NCBI GenBank assembly: GCA_964304625.1 | Contig: OZ199838.1 | Coordinates: 12,343,843-12,407,842 of the forward strand | Direction: 5' to 3' | From: Kudoa neothunni | Lineage: Eukaryota > Animalia > Cnidaria | DNA length: 64,000 nt | In this document: positions 25,158-37,649 of the stretch, in pieces | Layout of the letters: each line of letters starts with the position of its first letter | Numbering within the stretch: the stretch's first letter is position 1 | Notes under the pieces: generated by a model | Seen by the model: only the letters and a program-made list of their open reading frames with translations | Told to the model about the DNA's origin: nothing | The model's database searches: none | Program-made: the position numbers and the translations under genes

Positions 25158-27223
25158 TTATTCTGTAGAATCCACTGAAGGATCCTGAACGATTTCCCCT
25201 AGCAGCACGGTTGCATATGAACTTGAGGGTAAATTGAAATCCAAAATTAAAGCTTTCTTATGTATTACATTATTGGACACAGGCGCAGATGCAGATTTTG
25301 ATGAAGCTTCTTTAGAGCAGTAGGTTTTTTTCATTTCGGTGATCACCGGTGGATCATCAATAAGGGGATCATTTTCATGAGTATAGTCAACGAGGCGCCA
25401 CTGGAATCGAGACGGTTTGACAATCAACTTTCTATTTCATATATCAAAATTACATCAACTAAATGATTAAACATACCTAAAATTGTCATCACTAACATTA
25501 AAATCCTTAGAAATATCAGCAAAATGAGACAACGTGATACCATCTTCTTCCATAAGAGAAGCGATATATTTCTCCAAAGGGATTGGTAGGGAGAAATTGC
25601 AAGCTAATACAAATTTAAAATAGATTATAGCTTACAATTTACAAACTAATGGAATATAAAGATCTAATATCGTGTAGGAATCGCAATCGATGTCATTTTG
25701 GGTGATTTTATGTAATTGGTTGTCGTTATTATATACAACGTCACCAACCATCACATTCATCCCATGATTCTTAACAACAGTTATTGCAAAAAAAAACTTT
25801 CCAATTAATGATACTTTGATGCGATACGACACGAGCTTATTCCACAGATAACTTTGATAAGCGTGAATGTAGAGATTACGCGTATTTCTTGGGAGTTTCA
25901 TTAGCGAATTTTTGTAGTTGTAGTTAGGGTGGTCGTTCTTAAGCATCAATAATACGGAACCCTCAATCGATTCACAGCTTTTTCGATTTAATAAAGAACA
26001 AGCTTCGTTTATGTTTTTCGTCGTGTGCCATATTTGTAAGGATGAATTCAAATTATCGGGTAAAAATGGTTTTGGCTGTAGAATATTGTTGATAGCTGAT
26101 TCGTATTGTTTTTTGATTATCATAATTCCTAAAGATTATAAGAAGTAGGTAGGGTGAATAAAACGTTCACACAAGTATTATACCAGTAATATGAGATGTG
26201 GGTTGATTGGCAACAAAACCGAATCTTTGAGTCCCAAAATAGTTAACAAAACCTCGCTCACCAATATCGGTTAAAAGACGTTCTATATGTGGTTGAATAT
26301 TTTCTTCACAGTCCAAGTTTTGTGATTGTTGTAGAAAGCAAAACTCTCGTATTGCTACAACAAAATTGTTCCCCTGTAAGCAGCCAAGACGAACTTCCTT
26401 ATTAGTTTCATCCACATTAAAATTACCAACCAGCAGACATTGACTTTGAGGGAGTAACGGGGCTGCGTTTAATTGGTTGACTCTGATTAAATTTTTAGGC
26501 TCCAACTTAAATACTGATACACATTGAGAGGTCTTTCCTTGCTTATCTTTGTTTCCAGCTATTGAAAATCGTTTCACTTTCACATTCAAAAATTTGGCCA
26601 TCTTATTTAATGCATCATGTGTTGTCATGTTTTCTTTATACATAACAAAATGCACATATTTACAAGCGCCATAAGGCCATAATTTGTGATTGATTCTCCA
26701 GTCAACTTTATTTTCACACGAACCATCAATTTTTCGTTTCATTCGATGTTTACTAACCGTACTGACCACATTGATGATATCATTTTCTTTGTTAGAACCT
26801 AGCACAAAGTAATGTTCAGACGATGAAGAACGCTCAAAACCCACTTAAATTATTAAAATTTTGTCTTATATAGTTGTGAATTGATCGAAGAGCCTCTTTT
26901 TCAGCGTTGAGTACGTTAATTTTCACTTCCAACAATTCCCCACTTTCAAGTTTTTTAAACTGTTCCAAGTGATCCGATCCCACGTACTGTTGTACATGCT
27001 CGTAGGGTATAGTGATAATTTTATCAGCAGGTATCTCAATAGAAGAGATATATCTAGTTATCCCTTGTTGATCTATCTCATTTACCACAAAATCGGAAAA
27101 ACGTTGTTTAAATTTTCCTTTAAACTGACAGCAGGAAGAAGAAGTAAGTCTACGAAATATCCCAACGCTCTCCTCCCTCAAATGCAATTCTATTGAATCC
27201 TTACACTCAACATCTGAAGCCAT
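25158..27223 (-). CDS. PUS7: Pseudouridylate synthase 7 (TruD family), multi-exon
   Basis: KQRFSDFVVNEID, AGNKDK, LGCLQGNNF, GFVNYFGTQRFG, YIHAYQSYLWN, FNLPSSSYATVLLGEI; short introns explain the ORF breaks. Confidence 0.95.
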
Positions 27224-27450
27224 TCGTAATGTGCTAACGAGAAGGTTACGCAGTAGTCAAACCTTCAGCGAGAATTATTCGAATTAATAAACGGAAAATC
27301 AATAACTAAAAATTAATCAAAATGGACTTTTAGTTGTTAAGGCGTAAAAATTGCAAAAAATCTATCAATAAAACAACACATAGCAATCTCCGAGTTATGC
27401 GCAAATAACACGAAAACTTGCGAAGTATCCAGCGTGTGTAAGCGTGAGCT

Positions 27451-28079
27451 ATGAGGTCGGTTGATTGTTTTCTACATTTCTGCTACGATTGATTTACACT
27501 AAAATTAGGTTCGAATTGTGTAATATAACTGGATACAAAATATTTCCCGGTAGAGGAAGAACATATGTGAAAGCTGATGGTAAAGGTTACCATTTGTTGA
27601 ACAAAAGAGCTGAACATTTGTTCTGGTTGAAAACAAATCCTCGATCAGTACGTTGGACTGTTCTCTGCAGAAGAATGCATAAAAAGGGGTTGAATGAAGA
27701 GGTCCGCCGCAAGAAAACCAAGAAAACTGTTCGTATTCAACGAGCCGTCGAAGGTAACACACTAGAAAGTATTATCTCGAAGAAAAACCAGTCCGTGGCT
27801 TTTCGCAAAGAACAGCGCGACCAAGCGATGAAGTAACCAACCCCTTCTTCCACGTTCGATTTTACCTTTGTTGTAGGAAAGCTAATGCTATCCGCACTGC
27901 CACCAAAAATGAGAAAAAGGCCAAACGAGTAGTTGTTATTAATTTTTAAAATAGTCTAAAGAGACCAACTATGTTTGATATAGGAAAGCGTAAGAGCTGC
28001 TATCGCTAAAAGTGTCCCATCCAAGAACTTTAAAGGAGCTAGCTCCAAACCTCTTAGTGGAAAGGGTGTAAGAAGATAA
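27451..28079 (+). CDS. RPL24: 60S ribosomal protein eL24, 4 exons
   Basis: MR|FELCNITGYKIFPGRGRTYVKADGK..NPRSVRWTVLCRRMHKKG..QRAVEG; ends SGKGVRR* at 28077-28079. Confidence 0.95.
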
Positions 28080-28171
28080 TTGAATCTAGTTGATTATTTT
28101 GATAGCGTCAGAGTTTGCAACTGACTTTTTGTGCGCAGCTGTTTAGGCATTCATTACATTTATTGAGATGT

Positions 28172-28418
28172 GATATTGGTGATCAATGATGACAGCATAT
28201 AAGGCCTTGTCATGTAATCTTGGTCGTGTGTTTGAATCTACACATTAGATTGTAAGTCGTGACATAAATTCATTTTGGTGTGATTGTTACGCGTAGTTAT
28301 CATAAGAGATTGGTTTCTGCCCACTTGGATCACATACATTTTTCTATTGGACTTTTTGTCTTATTTACCTTATGAATTGTCATGTTTACATCTTTGGTAA
28401 GCTGAGATCACCAATATC
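28172..28418 (+). ncRNA. SCARNA10: Composite box C/D-H/ACA scaRNA, U85 homolog (guide for U5 snRNA Cm45 and pseudo-U46)
   Basis: 13-bp perfect terminal stem GATATTGGTGATC/GATCACCAATATC; box C ATGATGA at 28186; box D CTGA at 28402 preceded by ATCTTTGGTAA (antisense to U5 loop I); internal pocket TAATCTTG..TGTAAG and a second hairpin followed by ACA. Confidence 0.88.
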
Positions 28419-28644
28419 TTTAATGCGATGTTTCCCAATCTTTTCGTTTTTATTTGGCTCTAGGAGTCTTTACGAGATCTTAATCTAACCCTCCTTGTTA
28501 TAAATGTTTATTGGATGTTTTAAAATCAATAGTTTATAATAATTATATATTTACGCCTTATGATTATTATTTTAAATTTAAAGAGTGATGTTTATACGTG
28601 AGTGGAAAAATTATTGTGTGCGTGTAGAATTGATGTTATACATA

Positions 28645-28667
28645 TTATATATATATATATATATATA
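28645..28667. repeat. (TA)n microsatellite
   Basis: About 10 TA units directly before a pogo-like terminus. Confidence 0.8.
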
Positions 28668-30243
28668 GTGCGGCCTCGATATAGGGAGGTTTTTTGGGAA
28701 TGCAATTTACCACGCAATAATAAGACCACTCGTAATATTGGTGTCTCGCGCATGCTCGCACATTATTAATATTAAAATTTTTTGACAAAATAGCCATCTA
28801 TTTTAGTTTTTTTACCTTTTAAATATTTCTTAGAAAGATTCATAACAAGATGTAAATCACGAACCTCCTGGATCTTGGCTTGCAAGGGTTTGTCTAAGAA
28901 TTCTTAAGGCATCCTTAATTTTGGATGTTGACAGTTTGACGACTAATTGTTCATTTTGACACTTATCGTCAGAGATATTGGCTTATGACCCACTATTAAA
29001 TTAGTTCATTAATAAAGTCTTTCCTTCATTTACGTTTTCGTTTGGTAAAAATGTCGTAGCTGGGAAGTTTTTGTTCTATCTAAAAGATTCTCCCAGGGTT
29101 GAGTGTTCTTTGTATTTAAAATGTATTTTTTACCAAGACAATTATTCTATTACTAAGATCAAATTTCGAAACTGTTCATTTTTGAACTCCTTATTGACTT
29201 CATTGAATTATTACAAGTGATAATTTTAAATTTCTCGTCAACATCCCTCTATATCAGTGGTGGGCGCAACTTTTGGTTCTGCGGGCCACATTGGCCCATT
29301 ACAAAAACTTGGAGCGCCGCATTGTTGATTAAATGTTCTCTGAGAACTTAAATACCTATTGTGGTTTTTCTAACATTTTTGGTACAAAAAAAAAGTTAGT
29401 GTATAAATTAATTTAAAAAGGAACTAAATAATTTTTAAAAAATTGAAATTTGGTGATCGGCATACTATTGCAAGTTTCGATCGGAATAATAGATTTTATC
29501 GCTTTTCAAATATGTTAATAAATTATATTTTTTTAAACTCAGCGAATGTAATGGAAAATATGGATATGATTCTTATTGCGTCCAACTTAATTTATGTATG
29601 AGTATCGCATGCTCATATGTTTTTCTGCTATTTAGTTATTTTTAGATTCTTTTTGTTGTTAATTGAATCTCGTGTACCATTTTTTTCTGAAGTTTATGAC
29701 GTGATTTTGTTTTGAGGGCGTATTAGATCTTACCTCATTCACATTTACATATGATAATCATAGGTACGATGCAAGCATAGGTAAAACATCAAATCAAATA
29801 ATAAAATCACGTAAAATTAAAGTTTAAAAATCCATAATATTCATCAAAAGGTTGTTTATTTATTTGTTTATGGAAGATAAATGGTGTCTTGATGTTTCTA
29901 GATTTTGAAAACATGTGCATGCTCGCGCAATTTTGCAGCCTCATAAACCCGTCCGCGGGCCACACAAAATTTCTTCGAGGGCCGCACTTTTCCCACCACT
30001 GCTCTATATCCTTGGCATGGTCAAATTTACTTCGCAAATTCGAATCGAAACGGGGTTTCCGGACCTTAGAATTGCTACGCAATACATAATTACTTCGCAA
30101 TTTCATATTAATTTTTTTATTCTTAGATATTTTTACACATATTTTGCAAGATAATAATGTAATTATTACTTAGCAATAACCAAATTTATAAACAAAAAAT
30201 TAACGAGATATTGAGCTACTACGCAATAACGAGGCACAATTGT
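28666..30243 (-). mobile_element. Degenerate pogo/Tigger-like element
   Basis: Imperfect TIRs TAGTGCGGCCTCGATAT versus (rc) CAATTGTGCCTCGTTAT; minus-strand remnants DHAKDIE.DVDE and KIKDALRILRQ. Confidence 0.5.
29255..30001. mobile_element. hAT MITE (Buster/Charlie-like) nested in the pogo remnant
   Basis: TIR CAGTGGTGGG / CCCACCACTG, subterminal GCGGGCC motifs, perfect TSD CTCTATAT at 29247-29254 and 30002-30009. Confidence 0.93.
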
Positions 30244-30440
30244 GCTTTGAAAAAAAATTTCATTCAAAATCCAAAATACCCATAAGCAACATGGAATGCT
30301 TACGTTCGTGCCCTAAAAAATATTAAACTCATCTCAATTTCGGCAGAAATTTTGAATCGTCATTTTTTTCACGTTTCGAGCAATCCCACTCTGGAATACC
30401 TGTTTTTATTCAAAAACTGAAGGAACATCAGAGTATAATA

Positions 30441-33330
30441 CAGGGTGGGGAAACTTTTTTGGCCCGCGGGCTACACCCATAAAAAATAGTTTTTTGTACT
30501 GATAAAAGGTCAAAATGTTTTAAACCTCATTCTTTAACGATTACGTGTTTTTATTGATTAAAATAAATTTGAATTTTTTCCTAAATATTTTTACTTATTA
30601 CAACCCTAAGTATTACTTACACAGGAAGAAATTTCCAAAACGTATGAGCTTTTAAAATCTCTTATTCCGAAAATTTGAAATAATTCGTCTTCTTAAAAAC
30701 AACACAAAATATTCTAATTATAAAATTTTCCACAATAATTTAATAATGAGATTTTTCATCCGGAAGCAAATAAAAACAAACATATTACTAAATAAAATAA
30801 ACTAATGTGGTTTATAGAACTGGCGGCTATCATTAATAATTTTTTCAAAATCAGGTTTTAATGAACTTGTACTTATTCTCAAAATCGAGTGCAGATTAGA
30901 GTCTGTCATTATCGCTCTATTTTGAGACTTGTTTATTTTCATTACAGAGAACGTTTGCTCACATATGTATGTTGATACAAAAATAAAAAACATTCTTTTA
31001 GCAAACCTTCTCAAATTAGGGAACTTATCATTGTTGAGAGCAGAGTAAAAGCTAGTCAAATTGTTCGTTTCGAACATTTTTTAGGGAAATGTCAGCTTGC
31101 AGGCCTTTTAATTCTAACTGCAATTCATCTAGTGATGTTTCAATGTCACATGTAACGGGCGAACAGAGCAAAGTAAAATCACTTTCGATTAACCTAAAAT
31201 CGGAAAATCTTCTGGCTAACTCTTCTTTTAACCCTATTAGCCGGGAACTATAGTTATCACATATTGATTTTGGGGGATTTTGAACCTTCAATGTCGGAAA
31301 ATTGGTAAAGTTTTGATTTTTAAATTGATTAGAAAATAGTTGAAGTTTTATTTGGAAGGATTTTACTTCCAAATATAACTCGTGAACAAATAGGCCTTTT
31401 CCATAGAATTTTGCATTCAAGTCATTTATCTTTTCCATTATATCTACAGCGAATACGAAATCACAAAACCATACATGATTTTTCATTTTATCAACAAAAT
31501 CGCAACTAGTGTCCGTTATGTTTAAAAAGAGGGAATTTTCGGTTTTCACGACCCATACTCTACTTAGGACTTTACCCATACTTAACCATCATACATTAGT
31601 GTAATAGAGTACATCGGTAAAATCAGACTCAGTGTCCTCTAAAAAGCTCCTAAATTGCCTATGTAGAAGAGCCCTTGATCTTATCACATTAACTGCACAC
31701 TCTACACACTACAGAGTCCAAAACATGCTTAAATTTCAATGAAGATTTACACAAGCTTTCTTAGTGTATAATACAATGAAATGACATAATTTTGTGTGAG
31801 GGGAAATCTTCATTGATTTTATCAGTCATAAGTTTTATTAGCCCAGAGTGTTTTCCCGCGAGTGAAGGCGCTCCATCAGTAATGATACTGGTGAGTTTGT
31901 CCAAGCTTAAACCAGAAATGCTCCAACTATTCATAACGCTATCAAAAAAATCTTGTCCGGTTGTGGTATTCTTCAAAGATTCGAGTGATAAGAGCTCCTC
32001 GGGAATTTCGAAATTATGGTCAATTCTTTTTACAAAAATGAGTAATTCAGCGGTATCGGTAGCATCTGCACTTTCGTCCGAAGCAATAGAATAGTACTCA
32101 AAGCTCGAAAGTTTTGCGAACAAAATTTCATGTTCATTTTGAGAGGTATTTTCAATTCGTCGAACAATTGTTCTTCGTGATAGAAAAATAGCTTCAACTT
32201 TCGAGATGACTTCAGGGCACACAACATTAACAACATCCATAAAAAAACTCTTTAATAAACTCCTCGTCCGAGAATGCCTTGTTATGTTTTGCAAATTTGT
32301 GGGAATGTATAAAGTTAGTCATCGCTGTATCTCGTTGTATGGATGTTTCTTTTGGCTTTTGCAAATGAATTTTGCTGGCGTTTTAAATTTTGTACCATGT
32401 CAGATGCCTTCTTTTTCAATTCTTCCTGCGACAGATTGCATCCATAATTGGAATGTTTGGTTTCATAATGGCGTTTCAAGTTGTATTCCTTGTACACAGT
32501 GATTGTATCACTGCAAATCAAACATACAGCCTTATAATTGATGCTGGTAAAAAAGCACATTTCAATCCACTCGTGATTGAAACTAGCCATCTCAACAAAC
32601 TTTGTATATTAAAGAAAGTTTCGGCAAAAGTATAAAAGGGGTAACCGCTGTTTTTAATGTTGTCTTTCGGCATATCTTTCGCCCTTTTTTAAGTGCGATG
32701 TGTTTTGTTAGTTTACATCATTTAATTATGGTAAATAAACAAATTTATCCCTATGTACATAAAATCTAAAATAATTTTAGTAGAAAAATGCTCATCGAAA
32801 AATAGATCCTTGAATAACGGTTAAACGAAGTATAAATTACGATTTTAAAAGTTGATAGAAAACAATTTGGAGTGAGCTTATATCACAATTAATTAGCACC
32901 TGAGACAAATAAGGGGAGATTTTTTAATTTTTATGACTGATGTTACCTATTAGTTTTTTGAGATCATTTTTAATATATATAGTCCTTATATCGATGATTC
33001 CTTTATAGCTCAAACGTAAAAGTTAATTTTTGGAAATTACATTGATATGAAACGATTTTTAATAAAATTATTTCTTATTTTTTTAATTATATTCTCTCTT
33101 AGAACGATTATTTATAACAATATTAGAATTTTTATACTTAATTCATTTAGACATGACGTTGTGATGAACTATTTTAAAACCATTAAATACAATGTACACT
33201 AAAGTCCTTCAAAACTAAAATAAGCATTTTAATTATGATAATTAAGTATATAAATTTAAATTTATTAGAAATAAAAAAAATTTTGGCGACTGGTATTGGA
33301 GTCTCGCGGGCCGTAGTTTTCCCACCCCTG
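30441..33330 (-). mobile_element. Full-length hAT (GTF2IRD2/Buster-like) transposon, inactivated transposase at 32590-30802
   Basis: TIRs CAGGG(G)TGGG..AAACT; motifs CLIC..KEYNLKRHYETKH, LSRRTIVRRI, DES, TDGAP, HCIIH, STYICEQTFS; frameshifts and stops. Confidence 0.93.
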
Positions 33331-33444
33331 CGATAAGTTGATTCATGCAAAAATCAGGAAGTTTGGATGCGCGAAACAAGACGAATTCAGGGAGCTGGAT
33401 ACTCTCCCATTACCTAAGTTCTTATAATTTGTGTGACGTATTAA

Positions 33445-33693
33445 CCTTTCGAGGAAAACCATAGGCTCCACGCGTCCACCTTAATATTATTTTGTTGTTA
33501 AGTTGGTTACATTTTGAATATTTTTGCCTTAACGTTTATCAATTTTATTACATTAATCGTTAAAATAATACTCTTTTAAGAAGTAGGTCAAATTCTGGCG
33601 AAAATACATAAAATATAACAAATTGATTAACAACATTAATTTTAAAAATAATAGAAAGGTGGAGGCGCGGAGTCCGAGGTTGTCTTCAAAGGG
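33445..33693. mobile_element. piggyBac MITE
   Basis: TTAA TSD on both sides; about 36-bp imperfect TIR CC(C/T)TT(T/C)GA...CCACC. Confidence 0.8.
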
Positions 33694-34109
33694 TTAATCG
33701 CATTAGCCAACTCGTCGATGAACCGACTAATCTAAAAGTTAATAACAATGTAGCACTTAGAGAACGTGTGCTATATTCAATTTAAATCCACAAACAAATA
33801 TTAAAACTTTTTAGCGCTGATTAAACGTACAACAAAATGATAATTATCTCCGGAGAATTAATACCTCGTTTGAATAACATGAGACTTTTTACCCGACCGT
33901 CCGGGCCTACGTAAGCAAAACTTCCTCAGAAAGCCTTTTATGTTCAAATAATAAACATAATATCACAATTATATAGTTGAAGCGGCAACAGAAAATAAAA
34001 GTTATCTATAACCATCACTTTATTATATTTAAAGTCGCTTGATGGTATAATCTTATTATTGTCAGCTCTAAGTTGTTTACAAAAAGTTAACACTACCAAT
34101 TCACCATTT

Positions 34110-34275
34110 TATAGGCAATCAGACAACTCCGTTGAGTTTTTGTAGCTAGTTTTGTACTTTTTAAAGTAAAAAAGAATCTCAAATGGTCATGAAGAAGTCT
34201 GTATAAGGAGAAGATTTGTGCACACACACTGACTGACAAGCAAACGGACGCCACGGCTTTATGTAATAGGATAAA
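34110..34275 (+). mobile_element. Possible non-autonomous Helitron/Helentron-like 3' end
   Basis: AGGAGAAGAT..CACACACTGACTGAC..ACGGACGCCACGGCTTTAT resembles the microsatellite-bearing tail of such elements; a 5'-type motif ACTAGC..GCTTCGCACGGG occurs at about 36872. Confidence 0.35.
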
Positions 34276-34349
34276 TGGATATATGATAAATCTAAAATGT
34301 GAGTTATTTAATAAGTACCATATTATCTATCATTTTGAGAGAAAATCGA

Positions 34350-34561
34350 AGGCAATTTTTTACCCCAAAATTCATTGGAATATAATCATGCTATAAGTCT
34401 TCTGGTTATACATTTTTAGCCATAATATTTTATTATTGCATAATTCTTGTTTTTGAAGATTGAAAAAGATCTCGCATCCAATAAAGGGAAAAACAATCAA
34501 GTATACAGCCTACAACTTCCTGCTGGGGTAAAAATTTGCTCCAAAATTATTAGAGGGTTAA
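34350..34561 (+). mobile_element. piggyBac-like terminus remnant
   Basis: Ends GGGGTAAAAATTTGCTCC..AGAGGG-TTAA; homologous to 17038-17250. Confidence 0.5.
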
Positions 34562-34953
34562 ACACGTAGGTTCTGGTATTTGATTGTCATTGTATCTTCA
34601 TTTTTAAATAAAAGACAAACATAGTCGACAAATTATACGCTTCAACTCGTATTTCTTTAAATTAAAATATTATTTTGTTTCTTTAAATGGGAACACTTTT
34701 TTTATTTTGTTATACGAGCTAAACAATGTATAAGAAGTTTTGTCTGTTACAAGTACAGGTCCTAACCTCAAAATAAGGTTTAATGCTCTTTATTGGAGCA
34801 AACAAATATGACCTGCCTTATATTCGGGGAAAATTGTATATCATTTTGCAAAAAAAATTGATTTCGTAATTTATATGAAAATCAATAGTACTTAATTATT
34901 TTAAATAAACAATTATTTCTATTCTTGTTATAATTAATTACGACTTCTATATT

Positions 34954-36419
34954 TTATCCGCAATCACCAGCCTCATCTTCCTCCCCAACATTCCCGTCTT
35001 CCTTATAGACGTCCCCACATATTGCATGACACTGAGCACTTGTTTTAAAGTTGTTCGAGTTTCCATCATATCCTTGGTAGCAAAAAGATTTACATTTTTT
35101 ATCACTTGAGCTATAATAGTATCTTTTTGCTTTAAAAGTCCCGCTAGTCCCTTCACCACTTTTATCTAATTTGCACGTTTCTTCTATTTTTATTTCTTTC
35201 TTGTAACCACCTAAATACATTAAAAATAATTGAACATTATTCAAAAAGAGTTTTTAAAACATTCTTTTAGAAATTTTAATATTTTATATAATGTAATGAA
35301 GTTCATACCCGCCCCGCAATAACTATGACACATTTCCATGGTGGGAAAACTATTCTTTGTATTATCGAAATCAGGGTTTGGAGCAGTGCCAGTTTCCATT
35401 ATTTTACAGACATCAGTTGACTTATCGTAATAATATCTGGTTACAGTAGGTTCTCCAGTGGATGTTATAGCTGTTTGTGAGGGACCACTGTCACAAGCAG
35501 CGATCCTCTTATTTTCATTAGTTACGGTATCATTGTTTTTAGTAGTGTTTGGATATGCTAAAAAAATAAAATTCATAGAATTAAATAATTAGAATACGAT
35601 AGCATTTTTTGACACACTCGGAAAATGAGTTAAATGTTCCCCTTGTATTCGAATCTATTGAAACAGCGGCAAAAGCGCATTTATTGTTTTTGGTATCAGC
35701 AATAATGGCAGTGCTTGGATCTTTATCTTTAACATCGGGTCTTAATATGCAATCCAAAGAATTTGGCACCAGATATTTTTCTTTATTTTGAATATTATTG
35801 ATTTTTGTATCATCAGCATTAGTGAGTCCTCCATTCTTTTTGTCTAATTTAAAGAACTTACTAATTTTTCCAATTCGGGTCAGTTAAGTTTACTTAAACA
35901 ATATAAATAGCATTCATTTGCATCTTCATATCTATTAAAGCTACCACCACAGCCGTTATAGTTGAACGCTTTGCATTCTGCAGTTGTTTGATCAAAGTAG
36001 TATTTTGGTGATGTTTGGGAATTTTTAATGCAATGTCCTGGGTGTTTTTGTTTTTTACATCCCTGAAGTTTTTCTCTTTGAGTCAGCTTACCTTGAAAGA
36101 ATCTTAATATAGAAAATATTAGTTTATGACATACCGTGCATTTCGCAAAGTCCTTTGGATGCAAAATTGTTATAATTCCCTTTGATACCTCGATATTCTA
36201 GAGGTTTACATTTAGCGTCATTGATGTCAATAAACCAACGGTCGATAACGTTATTCATGCTTTTAACAACACCTATAGGCCAGTCTCCTTCATCTCTTTC
36301 GTAGGATGGTAAAATTGGATCTATTAAGAAGGTAGATTGTTTTCTTAAATGTGGTAATTACCAGCTAGGCAATGAGATAAGGATATGATACATATTATTT
36401 TATAAAGCAGGAATCTCAT
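34954..36419 (-). CDS. Secreted protein with five Kunitz/BPTI-like domains
   Basis: Signal-peptide exon MRFLLYKIICIISLSHCLA, then five domain exons, e.g. C..PGHC..YYFD..CKAFNYNGCGGSFNRY..C..YC and RYYY..CKSFCYQGYDGNSNNF..C..IC. Confidence 0.88.
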
Positions 36420-37649
36420 TTTTCTTGATCTAATATTTGAAAAAATCTAAACGAAGAATAGGAATCATATGATTTATGAATCAGCAATTGCTTTCAATGT
36501 ATGAATTAGATTAGGATTAAGTTAATAAGTTTTATTTGTCATGTATATTATTGACTTATTACGTTTCACATGTTTAATTAAATATACATTAAAAAATAAT
36601 TAATAAGTATGAAAGTCGTTAATAAATACAATTTTACATATTTTTATCATCTAAAAACGGTCAGTTAATCAAATTTTAACTCTGTATTAAAAAGGCTACA
36701 TTTTAATATATAAAATAAATTAATCTAAGAAATATAAATAGAGGGAAAAATACAACATTAAATACTTAAAGAAGGACTATTAGAACTGCACATTTCCAAA
36801 ATTCAAGAATTTTAATAGTGTCCATCAAAATTTTGTTAAGAGATTATTTATAGTATCACAGATATTTATCTACTAGCGCAAACTTCCCAGCTTCGCACGG
36901 GATTGGGAATATTTCATCATCGAAGCATGCGGTCGAAAAATAAAGAAATATAAGACTCTTGAATAGCCCACAGGAGAAATTAAATAAATATTTTTTTAAT
37001 GTTACAATTTTAACGACTGTGATGGGCACTGTAAAAAGTTGAGATCATCTTAGAGAGATAATGAAAGTAGAAAAATCGGAATAACTCGAAAACAACTTAC
37101 GATAAATAATTTTTAGGCAATGACTATTGGCCCAGCAGATCAGTTTTACGATTGCGTAATCTTATAAAAGTAAAATTAGGATTTTTATTTCCAAGTTGTT
37201 GAATTACAACGTTTACAAACATTTTTTTAATATTCGAGTCGCTCCAGTAGGGAATTGTTATCGGCACAGCGTGATTATTCATACGCAAGGAACAGCAACA
37301 AAAGTGGTGGAAGCAACCATGATGTTAACACTAACGAGAATAGTTTTTTAACGTTGGTGATACATTTAGTAGCTTTGAAGAGTTAAAATTGAAAATCGAA
37401 CAGTTGGATTTACGCGATAAATGTACGATGTTCATATTAGATTGCAAAATCATTGAGAATGACCAAAAACGATGTCATCGAATATTAAATCCATTATTAA
37501 TATATTATATATTATAAATAAAAATATTGGTGTATTTATGGCCGAAAAGAGATATATTGTTTTATTTAATTAAATATTTTTTCATTTAAGGTTCATTACT
37601 GCTTTGTCCCAAGAAATATTTTTATTTAGTTGTTAAATTATTTATTGAT

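Noticed and set aside
26834-26844. Apparent frameshift in PUS7
   Set aside because: Explained by a 44-nt GT-AG intron
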